Below are positions 21,712-32,434 of a stretch of DNA of 64,000 bases, in pieces. The number at the start of each line of letters is the position of its first letter. Position 1 is the first letter of the stretch. Location of the stretch: positions 864,001-928,000 of the forward strand of contig CBDCRP010000003.1 of assembly GCA_965221165.1 (NCBI GenBank), written 5' to 3'. Both the position numbers and the translations under genes were made by a program. The notes beneath the pieces are model-generated. The model was not told where the DNA came from. It worked only from the letters and a program-made list of their open reading frames with translations, and did no database searches. The DNA comes from a bacterium (GTDB lineage Bacteria > UBA8248).

Positions 21712-22614
21712 TCACTCGACGCGGGAGGCCGCGCTCAAATCCTCGAACATCTCATAGGCCGCGTCGGGGCTTGAGTCCTCATGCACGACGGCGCGCACCG
21801 CCTGGATCATCGCGACGGGGTGCGCGCTCTGGAAGATGTTCCGGCCCATGTCCACACCCGCAGCACCCTCATCAATCGCCCGGCGGCAAAACGCGAGCGC
21901 CTCGCGCTCGGGAACCTTCCTGCCTCCCGCGATGACGATGGGCGCGAAACAACCGCGCACCACGCGCTCGAACCCATCGCAGTAATACGTCTTCACGACG
22001 TCCGCTCCGTGTTCCGCCGCGATGCGCGTGGCCAGCCCCAGATAGCGCGCGTCGCGCGTCATCTCCTTGCCCACCGCGGTGATGCCCAAGACAATCAAAT
22101 CGTGCTTGCGCCCCTCATCGCTCATGCGGGCGAGGTTCAGGATGGATTCTTTCTGGTAGCGCGCGCCCACGTAAATCGACACCGAAACGCCCGCCACGCC
22201 CAGGCGCGCCGACTCCGCCGCCGAGACGGTGATGGACTCGTTCGAGAGTTCGCGGTTCACGATTTCATCGGCGATGCGTTCTCTCAAGGCTTCGCGTTCC
22301 GCTCCATCCTCTACCCCCGCCCCCCGGATGCTGAGCTCGCGCTCCAACTCCACCGGGTCGGAATAGACGATGGCGTTTCCCCCCGAGGCCCTGAGAATCA
22401 CCGGCGTTTTGCTCTCAGGCGGCATACAATGCAGGAAAACACCCTTCGTGGGACTCATCGCGTCGCAATAGGGCAAGAGGGGTTCGATGGTCTTTCCGGG
22501 TTCTTCGAGACCCGAGGTCGGTCCCTGAAAATAGCCGTGGTCCACCGCCAGCATGACGATGCGCCCCGTCTTCTCGTTCATGATCTTTTTTGTGTGCTCA
22601 GACATCGCTTCCAT
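21712..22614 (-). CDS. lsrF: LsrF-like class I aldolase/thiolase (DhnA family)
   Basis: DHGYFQGPTSGLE, LRASGGN, ELSNE, LATRIAAE, VKTYY, IAGG, GVDMGRNIFQS. Confidence 0.88.
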   Translation of the reverse strand: MEAMSEHTKKIMNEKTGRIVMLAVDHGYFQGPTSGLEEPGKTIEPLLPYCDAMSPTKGVFLHCMPPESKTPVILRASGGNAIVYSDPVELERELSIRGAGVEDGAEREALRERIADEIVNRELSNESITVSAAESARLGVAGVSVSIYVGARYQKESILNLARMSDEGRKHDLIVLGITAVGKEMTRDARYLGLATRIAAEHGADVVKTYYCDGFERVVRGCFAPIVIAGGRKVPEREALAFCRRAIDEGAAGVDMGRNIFQSAHPVAMIQAVRAVVHEDSSPDAAYEMFEDLSAASRVE

Positions 22615-22688
22615 CCTCAGAGGGCGGAGCGGGCCGAGCCGCCGCCAGATATATGCGGGTGACGAGATTCATTTCACATTCGGACATT

Positions 22689-23669
22689 CTATGAATTCTC
22701 CGGCGGCAGGGGCGGGCCGCCCTTGTAGAAGACGCGCCCCATGGTGTGGTTTCTGGCCGTAAAATCCTCTTCACTTCTGTCTTCGGCCACAGCGCGCTTC
22801 AGCAGGTTGAACTTGGCGTCTATGTCGTCCGCGTAGTGGAGCAGGAGCGCCTCCGCCGACATGGGAACTTTAACGGTTCCCCAGTCGGGCTGTCCCTGAT
22901 GCGAGAGGATGAGGTGCTCCAGATGCAGCAGGAAATCCTCGGGCAAAGCCTCTCCCTCGGGGAAAACACCCTCGCGCCGCGCCCAGTCGCGGGCGATGTC
23001 ACGCCCCAGCACGATGTGGCCGACCAAGCGGCCCGCGGCAGTGTAGTGCGTCGCACCCTCGGTGGAGAGTTCTTCGAGCTTACCGATGTCGTGCAAGAGC
23101 GCGCCCGCGACGAGGAGGTCTTTCGAGACGTCGTATTTATCCGCCAGATAAAGGCACGTTTTCGTGACTGACAAGGTGTGCTCGAGCAGTCCGCCGAGAT
23201 AAGGATGGTGAATGCGCTGGGCGGCGGGCCACTCGCGGAATTTCTCTTCATAGGCGTTCAGTATCGCGGTGAGATAGGCGGCCACGAGCGGGTGGCAGCC
23301 GCCCGCGATGCGCTTCGCCTCCTCCCACATCACGTCGATATCGTAAGGCGTGCGCTGCACGTAGTCCTCGGGCTTAAAGCCGCTCTCGTAGTCCTGCTCG
23401 TTCACCCGGCGGACGCGCTCCACCCGAAGCTGCAAGCGGCCCTGGTAGTTCTCCGCCATGGCCCGCACCTTGATGAAATCGCCCGCCTCGAGTTCTCCCT
23501 CCACCTGCGTGGCGGGCTCCCAGACCTTGGCGGGAACGTCACCCGTTCCGTCTTCCAACATTAAATCGAGATATTCCCTGCCCGCCCGGCTCTGGCGCGC
23601 CTCGTATTCCCTGATCCTGAAAAAAGAATCGAACCGCTCGCCCTCTTTCAGCGCCGCCACCTTCGTCAC
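22689..23669 (-). CDS. YhaM/Cbf1-like 3'-5' exoribonuclease (OB-fold + HD domain)
   Basis: N-terminal OB-fold (YLDLMLEDGTG, AKVW), PAA..IHHPYLGGLLEH, LLHDIGK, ILSHQG, LHYADDID. GTG start after a CAGGAG RBS. Confidence 0.88.
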   Translation of the reverse strand: MTKVAALKEGERFDSFFRIREYEARQSRAGREYLDLMLEDGTGDVPAKVWEPATQVEGELEAGDFIKVRAMAENYQGRLQLRVERVRRVNEQDYESGFKPEDYVQRTPYDIDVMWEEAKRIAGGCHPLVAAYLTAILNAYEEKFREWPAAQRIHHPYLGGLLEHTLSVTKTCLYLADKYDVSKDLLVAGALLHDIGKLEELSTEGATHYTAAGRLVGHIVLGRDIARDWARREGVFPEGEALPEDFLLHLEHLILSHQGQPDWGTVKVPMSAEALLLHYADDIDAKFNLLKRAVAEDRSEEDFTARNHTMGRVFYKGGPPLPPENS

Positions 23670-23792
23670 GAACCCACTCCTGAACGAGAAAATGAAACCG
23701 CGATGCGAATCGCCATTGTAGGGGGAAGGTGGTGCGAATCGCAATGAAAGAGCTTTCATATAGGCGGGCTGCGTGGAGGAATCGAATCTCCC

Positions 23793-23906
23793 GCAGGGGC
23801 GGACCTATTTGTCCGCCCCACAGTTCGCGAACCGCCCCTACAAAGACACAATGCCCCTTCATCGGTCGACAAACAGAACACCGTCATCCCGGCGAACCCG
23901 GCGTCA
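23793..23906. repeat. REP-like palindrome cluster 1
   Basis: gcaggggcggac-ctattt-gtccgcccc, gttcgcgaaccgcccctac and cgtcatcccggcgaacccgg: GTAG-type and CGTC-type REP shapes. Confidence 0.65.
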
Positions 23907-24015
23907 GAGAAAAAAGGGACGCATATATGGTCGACCTTTCGGTCGTCACCTACAACCACCACCTAAATCAGGCAATCCGTCTCACTCTTTCTTGCAGGGG
24001 CCTCGCTCACACGGG

Positions 24016-24234
24016 TCACGGCCGGTGTTTACCCAGTGAATCTCGCCCGATTCGCGCTTCAACCCCTTGGGCGTCGCGCCGGTTCTGGCCGCTTCCTTTA
24101 TTCGCCGCGGCGATTTCGGCTGTTTCTTTCGCTCGTTGCCGCGCGCGTTTGGCTGCCCGGCGCATCGCGACATCAGAACCTACGAAGTCCGGGTCGCGAG
24201 GCTTTAGCGTCAGGTTTTGTTTCCGTGAATTCAT
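24016..24234 (-). CDS. Small basic protein coupled to zeta-toxin-like ATPase (putative antitoxin/partner)
   Basis: ATGA overlap with the upstream gene; DPDFVGSDVAMRRAAKRAR motif of the kind seen downstream of COG4185 genes. Confidence 0.6.
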   Translation of the reverse strand: MNSRKQNLTLKPRDPDFVGSDVAMRRAAKRARQRAKETAEIAAANKGSGQNRRDAQGVEARIGRDSLGKHRP

Positions 24235-24761
24235 TCACTCGACTCCTCTACCAGCAATTTCGGCTCATCGCCCGAATTATCGTACAAAATCCATCCATCG
24301 ACCAGGTTCCGATAGATTTGCTCGAAATTGCTCCAGCCAGCGTCGAACCGTCTTCGGATCACCGACTCCGGCACGTCGTGTCCTCCTTCCAGAACACGCT
24401 GCGCGACGCGCCCGATCGCCATTTCGGGCGTCGGCAGTTGCAAGAAAAACAGCTTGACCCGGTAGCCCTGCTCCCGCCAGCAGGGAATATGGCGCACATA
24501 ACTCCGCCCGCTCAAAGTCGTTTCGAAGGCGAAACTCTCTCCTCGCAGCGCGTGTTCGCGGATTTGCTCCAACATCAACCTACCGGCCTGAAAGCCGACC
24601 AGATGAGGATCGGAAGGGTTCAGCTCCGCCGCGATGACATCGGCGTTGATGAAAAGCGGGCAATCCGCCTCGTTCGGCAGAAATCCCGTGGCGAACGTCG
24701 TCTTCCCGGCGCCATTCAGCCCGGCAATAATGAATATCCTCTTCTCGGTCTCATCCGCCAC
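24231..24761 (-). CDS. Zeta-toxin family P-loop ATPase/kinase (COG4185-like)
   Basis: IIAGLNGAGKTT, FINADVIA, SFAFETTLSG, RVLEGGHDVP, YDNS. Confidence 0.88.
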   Translation of the reverse strand: MADETEKRIFIIAGLNGAGKTTFATGFLPNEADCPLFINADVIAAELNPSDPHLVGFQAGRLMLEQIREHALRGESFAFETTLSGRSYVRHIPCWREQGYRVKLFFLQLPTPEMAIGRVAQRVLEGGHDVPESVIRRRFDAGWSNFEQIYRNLVDGWILYDNSGDEPKLLVEESSE

Positions 24762-25030
24762 GGGTAGCCTGCATCTTTTCAAGTTGCTTCATGCGCCGCG
24801 TCTATTTTTCTACCCTGCCTATTCCCGCCATGCGCCACCCGACATGCAAGGTCGGACCAAAGCGCATCGGCTCACCCTGTGGTATATATAAGCGCCGATG
24901 GGACGGGAAGGCTTCATGCGCCCCGCCTCGCCATCAATAACAACGCGCGGGGTTCATGGCGCGGAATTATGGGACCATGAAAACGCGTAAGATTTCGGGG
25001 TTGTCCCCATATGGAGCGAATGAGGCGACG

Positions 25031-25534
25031 ATGAAAAAAACGGTTTCCTTTCTGTGCGCGCTTGCGCTCGCCGTCATCATGAGTTGGCCCCTGCCCGTCC
25101 AGGGGGAAGCGCCCCGAAGACGCCTCACCGCGCGCGTCACCAAGGTGTACGACGGAGCGAGCTTTCAACTGGGCGGCGGCCTGCGCTCCGCCCTCATCGG
25201 CGTGGCCGCCCCCGCGCCCGGCGCGCCCGGCGCGAGCCAGGCCCATGCCTACCTGAAACGTCTCATCGAGAACAGGACCGTGAGCCTCGAAATCGACGAA
25301 AAACCCGTGGACGCCTACGGACAGACCCTTTATTACGTTTTCGTGGAAGAAGGCGGGCACGTGAACGTGCTCATGGTGCTCCGGGGTCTGGGCCGCGCCC
25401 TCGTGAAACACCCCAACGTGCGCTACCGCAAGGAACTGATAGAAGCGGAAAACCTCGCCAAGAGATACCGCCGGGGCGTCTGGGGAAACGAATTCGACCC
25501 GCGCGACCCGGTGGACCGCCCCCTCGGCCGCTGA
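25031..25534 (+). CDS. Secreted thermonuclease (SNase) family protein
   Basis: Signal peptide MKKTVSFLCALALA; VTKVYDG, LIGVAAP, DAYGQTL, VNVLMVLRGLG, AE..AK..RRGVW. Several canonical catalytic residues look substituted. Confidence 0.8.
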   Translation: MKKTVSFLCALALAVIMSWPLPVQGEAPRRRLTARVTKVYDGASFQLGGGLRSALIGVAAPAPGAPGASQAHAYLKRLIENRTVSLEIDEKPVDAYGQTLYYVFVEEGGHVNVLMVLRGLGRALVKHPNVRYRKELIEAENLAKRYRRGVWGNEFDPRDPVDRPLGR

Positions 25535-25610
25535 AATTTCATACGGGCAAGCTCAGTAAGACAACCAAATCTCTCGTAGCCGTTTCATAAGGGAGGGCTT
25601 GGGAGAAGAA

Positions 25611-25745
25611 GCAGGGGCGGGCACATGGGTGGCGAACATGTATGTTCGACCCTACGAAGCATCACACCCTCGACCTTGCATTTCACCACCTCGCCGTTGC
25701 GGTGTCATTCCCTCCCTGGTCGGGTTTGATGCCGGAATGACGACG
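25611..25745. repeat. REP-like palindrome cluster 2
   Basis: gcaggggcgg...ggcgaacatgtatgttcgaccctac and gtcattcc...ggaatgacgac. Confidence 0.6.
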
Positions 25746-25967
25746 AACCTAGAGTCTTCAGGGTCAGATCGCGGCCTGTCCCTACTTTTTTAACGTCGGC
25801 GCACTTGGGAAGATGCAGCCACCGCCGCGTGGGGGATCCCACACTGGCGGAGTCACGGGAAAAACCGAATCTTTCGTATTTCCCGGCAGCAACGGCCGCT
25901 CGGCCGGCAAGCCCTTCCTCATCGGTCGGGTTTGAACTCGCATTTACCCCCTACTCCTCACCGCCTT

Positions 25968-26735
25968 CTATTTCTCCTTTGGCGCGCCGCCCGCGTCCGC
26001 CTCGACGAAGGGCCTGAGCAGGTCGAGCGGCAAGGGGAAGACGATGGTGGAGTTGTTCTCTGTCGCCACTTCGGAGAGGGTTTGCAGGAACCTCAACTGA
26101 AGCGCGCCCGGGGCCGTGGAGATGGTGGCGGCAGCCTCGGCCAGCCGCTCGCTCGCCTGGTATTCGCCCTCCGCGTGGATGACCTTGGCGCGGCGCTCGC
26201 GCTCGGCTTCCGCCTGGCGGGCGATGGCGCGCTGCATCTCGTTGGGAAGGTCCACGTGCTTGAGTTCCACGTTGGTGACCTTGATGCCCCAGGGGTCGGT
26301 GGCGTGATCGAGAAGCTCCTGGAGCTGGGAGTTGATTTTCTCGCGTTCGGAAAGAAGATCGTCCAAATCCATCTGTCCCAGTACGCTCCTGAGCGTCGTC
26401 TGGCTCAACTGGCCCGTGGCGTAGAGGAAATCCTCCACCTCGATGATCGCGCGCTCGGGGTTCAGCACGCGGAAGTAGACCACGGCGTTCACCTTCACCG
26501 ACACGTTGTCTTTCGTGACGATATCCTGCGGCGGCACGTCCATCGTCACCAGCCGCAGGCCCACGCGAGTCATGCGGTCGATTACCGGAAGCACGATGAT
26601 GAGGCCGGGCCCCTTGGTGGAAAGGAAGCGCCCCAGCCGGAAGATGACGCCGCGCTCGTATTCGTTCAGGACGCGGATGGCGCTCACGAAGAACAACAAG
26701 ATGATGATAGCGCCGATGATTAAGCTCCAATTCAT
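25968..26735 (-). CDS. SPFH/band 7 stomatin-like (slipin) protein
   Basis: [54 protein letters not shown]. Confidence 0.96.
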   Translation of the reverse strand: MNWSLIIGAIIILLFFVSAIRVLNEYERGVIFRLGRFLSTKGPGLIIVLPVIDRMTRVGLRLVTMDVPPQDIVTKDNVSVKVNAVVYFRVLNPERAIIEVEDFLYATGQLSQTTLRSVLGQMDLDDLLSEREKINSQLQELLDHATDPWGIKVTNVELKHVDLPNEMQRAIARQAEAERERRAKVIHAEGEYQASERLAEAAATISTAPGALQLRFLQTLSEVATENNSTIVFPLPLDLLRPFVEADAGGAPKEK

Positions 26736-28064
26736 TTACCCACCCTCCTTCTCTACGCGGAGCCTGAGGCCATCCACCGACACCACGCGGACTTTGTCGC
26801 CGATTTCCAGGGGATCATGAGAATCCGCCTGCCATATCTCGCCGTGCACCCGAACCTGGGCCGGCGACCCTAGCCTGGGCGAGGCGCTGACGATGCCGGA
26901 TTCGTCGAGCATTCCTTCCGAGCCCGAGACCGGCCGCACCCGCTGGGCGCGAAAGCCCATTCCCACGAGCCAGACGAAAAACATGGCCGTTCCGGCAACC
27001 GCGGGCAGAATCACTTTCAGGCTGATTTGCAGGTAGGGGTCCGGAGAATCGATGAGCATGACCGAGCCGAGCGTCATGGCGATGATTCCGCCGATGGTGA
27101 GCCCTCCATAGCTCACCACCTTGATTTCCAGGAGAAACATGATGATGGCGAGCCCCATCAAAAGAAGACCCACATAGTTCACCGGCAAGACTTTCAAAGC
27201 GTAGAGCGCCAGGAGGAGGCTGATGGCGCCCACCACGCCGGGAAGAATGGAGCCTGGATTCGAGAGTTCGAAGAACAGCCCGTACATGCCCAAAAGCATC
27301 AAGATGTAGGCGATATTGGGGTCGCTCAAGAGGGTGAGCACCTTTTGGCGCCAGCTTCGCTCGAGCACGATTTGCGCAGCGCCCCTCGTCGACAGTGTGA
27401 CGGTGGCCCCGCTGGCGAGCTTTATTTTTTTGCCGTGAACCGCCAGGAGAAGGGATTTGACGTCCGCAGCCACCAAGTCGATTACTTTTTGCTTCAGGGC
27501 CTCCGCCTCATCCACGGATATCGCCTCGCGAACCGCACTCTCCGCCCATTCGGTGTTGCGTCCCGTGCGAGAGGCCACCGCCCGCGCAAAAGCGGCTACA
27601 TCGTTCATCGCCTTTTTGCGCATATCTCCCTGAATCTGCTTCCCTCCACCCGAAACGGGCGAGGCTGCGCCGATGTTCGTTCCCGGCGCCATGGCGGCGA
27701 TGTGAGCCGACATCGTGATGAACGTACCGGCGGATGCGGCTCTCGCCCCTCCCGGAGCGACATATACGGCCACGGGGACGCTCGAACCGAAAATCGATTT
27801 CACGATATCTCGTGTGCTGGTAACCAGACCACCAGGGGTATCAAGACGGATGACGAGAAGCTGCGCCTGTTTTCGGGCGGCTTCTTCGATGCCGAACGCG
27901 ATGTACTCGGAAGTGCCGGGAGATATGGCGTCGGCCACGTCCAACACCACGACGGGAGGCGTCTTTTGCGCGGCGGTGGCGTGGTAGAGGGTCAGCATCG
28001 CACCCATAGACACCAGGGAGATCAAAACCGCCAAATGGATTTTTTTCTGGAATTTCCTCCGCAT
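26736..28064 (-). CDS. nfeD: NfeD-family membrane-bound ClpP-class protease
   Basis: LDTPGGL, RAASAG, MAPGTNIGAA, TM region, C-terminal OB-fold (VHGEIW); directly upstream of the SPFH gene. Confidence 0.94.
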   Translation of the reverse strand: MRRKFQKKIHLAVLISLVSMGAMLTLYHATAAQKTPPVVVLDVADAISPGTSEYIAFGIEEAARKQAQLLVIRLDTPGGLVTSTRDIVKSIFGSSVPVAVYVAPGGARAASAGTFITMSAHIAAMAPGTNIGAASPVSGGGKQIQGDMRKKAMNDVAAFARAVASRTGRNTEWAESAVREAISVDEAEALKQKVIDLVAADVKSLLLAVHGKKIKLASGATVTLSTRGAAQIVLERSWRQKVLTLLSDPNIAYILMLLGMYGLFFELSNPGSILPGVVGAISLLLALYALKVLPVNYVGLLLMGLAIIMFLLEIKVVSYGGLTIGGIIAMTLGSVMLIDSPDPYLQISLKVILPAVAGTAMFFVWLVGMGFRAQRVRPVSGSEGMLDESGIVSASPRLGSPAQVRVHGEIWQADSHDPLEIGDKVRVVSVDGLRLRVEKEGG

Positions 28065-28146
28065 GCCATCCCTCAAAAGCGCCAAGACCAATTGCTCCAT
28101 CTTAACACAAAGGAGAACATTTTATTTCTCGCCTCAAACGGGTCTC

Positions 28147-29484
28147 CTAAACATCCAAGTCGAGCAATACCTCGTCCACGATGCCCACGGCCGTATCCAC
28201 TTGCTCCTCGTCGATAATCAGAGGAGGCAAAAACGCCAGAACATTCCCGTGGTGTCCTCCCGGATAGATGAGAAGACCTTTTTTCAAGGCCATATCACTC
28301 GCCTTTTTGGCGACGCCCAAAGGTTCGCGCGTCGTCCGATCGGAAACCAGTTCGGCCGCTATCATCAACCCGCGCCCACGGACTTCACCAACGATGGAAT
28401 GGCGTTCTGACAGCTCCTCCAACCCTCGCAAGAAATAAGCACCCATCTCCAGGGAACGATCGGCGAGTTTTTCCTCCTCATACACCTCCATGGAAGCCAA
28501 ACCGGCGGCGCATGCCATGACGTTTCCCGCGTAGGTGCTGCTTTCGGTTCCAGGACTTGAAGCATCGGCTATATCTTTTTTCGCAACGCAGGCAGCGAGG
28601 GGAAGCCCTCCCGAAATCGACTTTCCCATCACGACCAGATCGGGCTCGATATCTTCATACTGGTAGGCGAACATTTTTCCCGTCCGGCAAAATCCGCTCA
28701 TCACCTCATCGATAATGAGCAAAACCCCGTGACGATCGCATATCTCTCGAAGCGCTTTCAAAAACCCTATGGGGGCCGGAATCATGCCGCCGTTTCCCTG
28801 AACCGGCTCGATGATGATGGCCGCCACATCGCCCCAGCCGCTTACCGGATTATCGAGAAATTCATTGATGTAGCGAATCGTCCCCTCCGCGCATTTTTCC
28901 GCTCCATCACCGAAAGGGTTTCGATAAGGATAGGGATAGGGAACGTGATGAACCCCCGGAACGAGCGTTCCCAGTCCTTCACGCTGGTTCTTTCTGCCCA
29001 TCAGGGCCACGGCGCCCAAGGTTCTGCCGTGGAACGCGCCCGTAAAGCCGACGATTTCACCGCGCCCCGTCGCCCGGCGGGCCATCTTGAGAGCGGTTTC
29101 CGCCGCTTCACTGCCCGATGAGCCGAGAATCATGCTCTTGGGGGTCGCGCCCGTATGCAACGAGAGAACTTTTTCAAGAAATTCGTTTCTCACCCTCGAG
29201 CCCAGCGACATGGCTTGATGCACCTGTTCCGCTTGTTTTTTCATCGCCGAGACAACCCTGGGATGACAATGACCGGCATTCAGTGAACCAAAACCCGCGA
29301 CAAAGTCCAAAAACAAATTGCCATCAATATCCTCGATAACCGCCCCTTGCGCGCGTTCGACAACAACGGTTTCGGGACTCATCCCGAAGCTGAGGGCCGC
29401 GCGGCTCTCCGTGTTCCTGAGGCGTTCAAGTTCTTTTCGGGTTTTGGGACCGGGATGTGAAACCAGAAAATTCGGTGCTTTCAA
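28147..29484 (-). CDS. Class III PLP aminotransferase (4-aminobutyrate aminotransferase-like)
   Basis: DIDGN.FLDF, GHCHP, SGSEA, FHGRT, EPVQGNGG, DEVMSGF.RTG, GKSISGG. Confidence 0.9.
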   Translation of the reverse strand: MKAPNFLVSHPGPKTRKELERLRNTESRAALSFGMSPETVVVERAQGAVIEDIDGNLFLDFVAGFGSLNAGHCHPRVVSAMKKQAEQVHQAMSLGSRVRNEFLEKVLSLHTGATPKSMILGSSGSEAAETALKMARRATGRGEIVGFTGAFHGRTLGAVALMGRKNQREGLGTLVPGVHHVPYPYPYRNPFGDGAEKCAEGTIRYINEFLDNPVSGWGDVAAIIIEPVQGNGGMIPAPIGFLKALREICDRHGVLLIIDEVMSGFCRTGKMFAYQYEDIEPDLVVMGKSISGGLPLAACVAKKDIADASSPGTESSTYAGNVMACAAGLASMEVYEEEKLADRSLEMGAYFLRGLEELSERHSIVGEVRGRGLMIAAELVSDRTTREPLGVAKKASDMALKKGLLIYPGGHHGNVLAFLPPLIIDEEQVDTAVGIVDEVLLDLDV

Positions 29485-29671
29485 TGGAAACCCTCCTCGT
29501 TATTCACCAATACCTCTATCATATTCTAAAAAGCATGGGGAACAACTCCGTTCATTCGGGGAAACTGCGTCCTGAGCGCGTGTCTTTCTTACCTTAATGT
29601 TATAGGATGCGCGCCAAGCGAAAATTACGCACACTTAGAAACCACCCGCGCTTGAAAACATCGAGGTATCT

Positions 29672-30925
29672 GTGAGCCAAACCGCTTCCCCGAAAAGAAT
29701 ATATTACGGCTGGTACATTCTTGCCGGGTGTTTCACGATGATGTTTTTGGGCTTGGCGACCAGAAATTCCTTCGGCCTCTTCCTGAAACCGATGATCGAA
29801 GATTTCAAGATCAGCCGCGCCGCGTTGTCACTCCCCTTTTCTCTTTGCCTGATTCTCTACGGCGCATCCCAGCCGTTGGGCGGACTCATGATGCGCCGCT
29901 GGGACCCCAAAACGATCATCATCTGGGGGTCGGCGCTGACGACCATCGCCATGCTGGGAATCAACCAGGTCGACTCTCTGTGGGGCGTGTATCTGTTTTT
30001 CGGCATCCTGCTGGGCATAGGAGGAATCGGCAACAGCGTGACCGCCTTTACGCCGCTGGTGTCCAACTGGTTCCCGGACAGGCGGGGCCTGGGCATGTCG
30101 ATCGTGAGCGCCGGCTCGAGCATGGGCCAACTCATGCTGCTTCCTTTCTTCGCGTATCTGATGGGTTTTCTGGACTGGAGAACGACTTCGCTCACCATCG
30201 GCATCATTTTCATATTCACCTTGATGCCCATTTCGATTTTCGTTGTCAGAAATTCTCCAAGAGCCGGGGAGAGCCTCCAGAGTGGGACGACTTCCGGCGG
30301 CAACATCAAAATGGTCGTTCCCTACGATTTGCCCTGGGTGCAGTGTCTTCACAAGATGCCGTTCCTGCTTTTGCTTACGAGCTTTTTCACCTGCGGCTTC
30401 ACCGTAACCGTCGTTTCCGTTCACTGGATCCCGTTTGCGACGGACGTAGGCTTCTCCGCGGCTGTTGCAGCCACTTCATTCGCCCTGGGGGGTGGCCTCA
30501 ATACCGTTGGCGTTCTGGCCGTTGGCCCCCTGTCGGATAAAATCGGCAGGAAAATCCCCTTAAGCGTGGTTTACGCCTTCAGGGGTCTTGGATTTGTCCT
30601 GTTCATTTTCTTCAAGAACGATTTCACCGTCTGGGCCACGCCCATGATTATTGGTCTTTCCTGGATAGCGACCGTCCCGCTCACTTCGGCACTGACGGGA
30701 GATTTCTTCGGCTCGAGAAACGTAGCGATTCTGTTCGGACTCATCACGTTCAGTCATCAACTCGGTTCGGGCCTGAGCGCCTGGTTGAGCGGATACATCT
30801 ATGACGTAACGGGCAGCTATAACCTCGCATTTGCGCTGGCCGCCTACCTTTGCCTTCAGGCGGCGGTGATAGTCACTTTCATCAATGAAAAAGAGGTCCG
30901 CATTACCCAGGTTGCTACAACATAA
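29672..30925 (+). CDS. MFS transporter (OFA/MCT-like)
   Basis: About 12 hydrophobic segments; YYGW, NWFPDRRGL, GPLSDKIGRK. Confidence 0.92.
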   Translation: MSQTASPKRIYYGWYILAGCFTMMFLGLATRNSFGLFLKPMIEDFKISRAALSLPFSLCLILYGASQPLGGLMMRRWDPKTIIIWGSALTTIAMLGINQVDSLWGVYLFFGILLGIGGIGNSVTAFTPLVSNWFPDRRGLGMSIVSAGSSMGQLMLLPFFAYLMGFLDWRTTSLTIGIIFIFTLMPISIFVVRNSPRAGESLQSGTTSGGNIKMVVPYDLPWVQCLHKMPFLLLLTSFFTCGFTVTVVSVHWIPFATDVGFSAAVAATSFALGGGLNTVGVLAVGPLSDKIGRKIPLSVVYAFRGLGFVLFIFFKNDFTVWATPMIIGLSWIATVPLTSALTGDFFGSRNVAILFGLITFSHQLGSGLSAWLSGYIYDVTGSYNLAFALAAYLCLQAAVIVTFINEKEVRITQVATT

Positions 30926-31057
30926 TTCCACATGAATGGAATTCAGAAACCGCACGCCACGAAATAAATATGCCGATTTGCCACCTGGAGTCGCCTCTGC
31001 AATAATTCCATCCCTATCGGGCGAGGCCAAGCTTCGCCTTTTACTTTTGGTGATGAT

Positions 31058-32401
31058 ATGGACTGCAACTGCTGGTTCCAATGTATCAATCCTGAATGCG
31101 AAGCAACCTATTCCATTTTCGATTCCGTCTATCAGTGCCGCGAATGCGAGAGTCTTCTGGAAGTCACGCACGATCTGGAAACCCTGCGAATGCGAAGCGC
31201 GTCGGAGTGGCGCCATTTGTTCGACGACCGCTACCAGCGCAACATATGGCCGTATGGCAGTGGTGTGTGGGGCAAAAAAGAGTGGGTTTGCCCGTTGATA
31301 AATGATGAAAACATCATCTCGTTCTACGAAGGCGGGACGAACCTTTTCTGGGCCAACCGTTTGGGCCGGGAACTCGGAATCGGTGAGTTGTGGATCAAGC
31401 AATGCGGGAACAGCCACACGGGCTCTTTCAAGGATCTGGGCATGACGGTGCTCGTATCCGCCGCCCAGCAAATGATGTCCGACGGGAAAAAACTTCGCGC
31501 CGTCGCTTGCGCATCGACGGGCGATACTTCCGCCGCACTGGCTGCGTATGCAGCAGCGGCCGATATTCCTTCTATCGTTTTCCTGCCGCGAGAAAAAGTA
31601 TCGGTGGCGCAACTCATTCAGCCTATCGCGAACGGCGCCATAGTGCTCGCCATCGATACGGATTTTGATGGCTGTATGCGCATCGTGAAACAGGTGTGCG
31701 AGGAACAAGGCATATATCTCGCCAACAGCATGAATTCACTGCGAATCGAAGGTCAAAAAACCATCAGCATAGAACTCGTTCAGCAATTCAACTGGGAGGT
31801 TCCCGATTTAATCATCATCCCTGGAGGAAACCTGGGAAACGTAAGCGCGCTGGGCAAAGGTTTCATGCAGATGCGCGACCTGGGGCTTATCGACAAGCAG
31901 CCTCGCATCGTTTGCGCTCAGACGGAAAAGGCCAATCCCTTGTATAGAAGTTTTATGACCGATTTCCGGGAATTTCACCCCATAGCCGCCGAACCAACGC
32001 TGGCGACAGCAATCCAAATCGGTAATCCGGTAAGCATCGAGAGAGCCATCAGAACCCTGAAAGCATTCGAGGGCTCCGTGGAACAGGCGAGCGAAGAGGA
32101 ATTGGCCAACGCTGCTGCCCGCGCGGACAGAACCGGAATGTACAACTGTCCCCAGACCGGCGTGGCATTGGCCGCCCTTGAAAAAATAATCGCGCGTGGA
32201 GAAATAAATCCCAAAGACCGGGTCGTAGTCATCTCTACGGCGCACGGGCTAAAATTCACTGAATTCAAGGTCAATTATCACAAAAAAGAAATTCCGGGTT
32301 TTGATAGCCGATTCGCGAATACTCCCATTGAGCTTCCAGAAGATATCAACGCGGTTCAAGATGTAATCGAGAAAAAACTTGGAGCATTGTCCGTCACGTA
32401 A
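31058..32401 (+). CDS. thrC: Threonine synthase, plant-type
   Basis: [55 protein letters not shown]. Confidence 0.96.
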   Translation: MDCNCWFQCINPECEATYSIFDSVYQCRECESLLEVTHDLETLRMRSASEWRHLFDDRYQRNIWPYGSGVWGKKEWVCPLINDENIISFYEGGTNLFWANRLGRELGIGELWIKQCGNSHTGSFKDLGMTVLVSAAQQMMSDGKKLRAVACASTGDTSAALAAYAAAADIPSIVFLPREKVSVAQLIQPIANGAIVLAIDTDFDGCMRIVKQVCEEQGIYLANSMNSLRIEGQKTISIELVQQFNWEVPDLIIIPGGNLGNVSALGKGFMQMRDLGLIDKQPRIVCAQTEKANPLYRSFMTDFREFHPIAAEPTLATAIQIGNPVSIERAIRTLKAFEGSVEQASEEELANAAARADRTGMYNCPQTGVALAALEKIIARGEINPKDRVVVISTAHGLKFTEFKVNYHKKEIPGFDSRFANTPIELPEDINAVQDVIEKKLGALSVT

Positions 32402-32434
32402 CACCCATTTGCTTTTCGTTTCCTCGTTCTGCTA

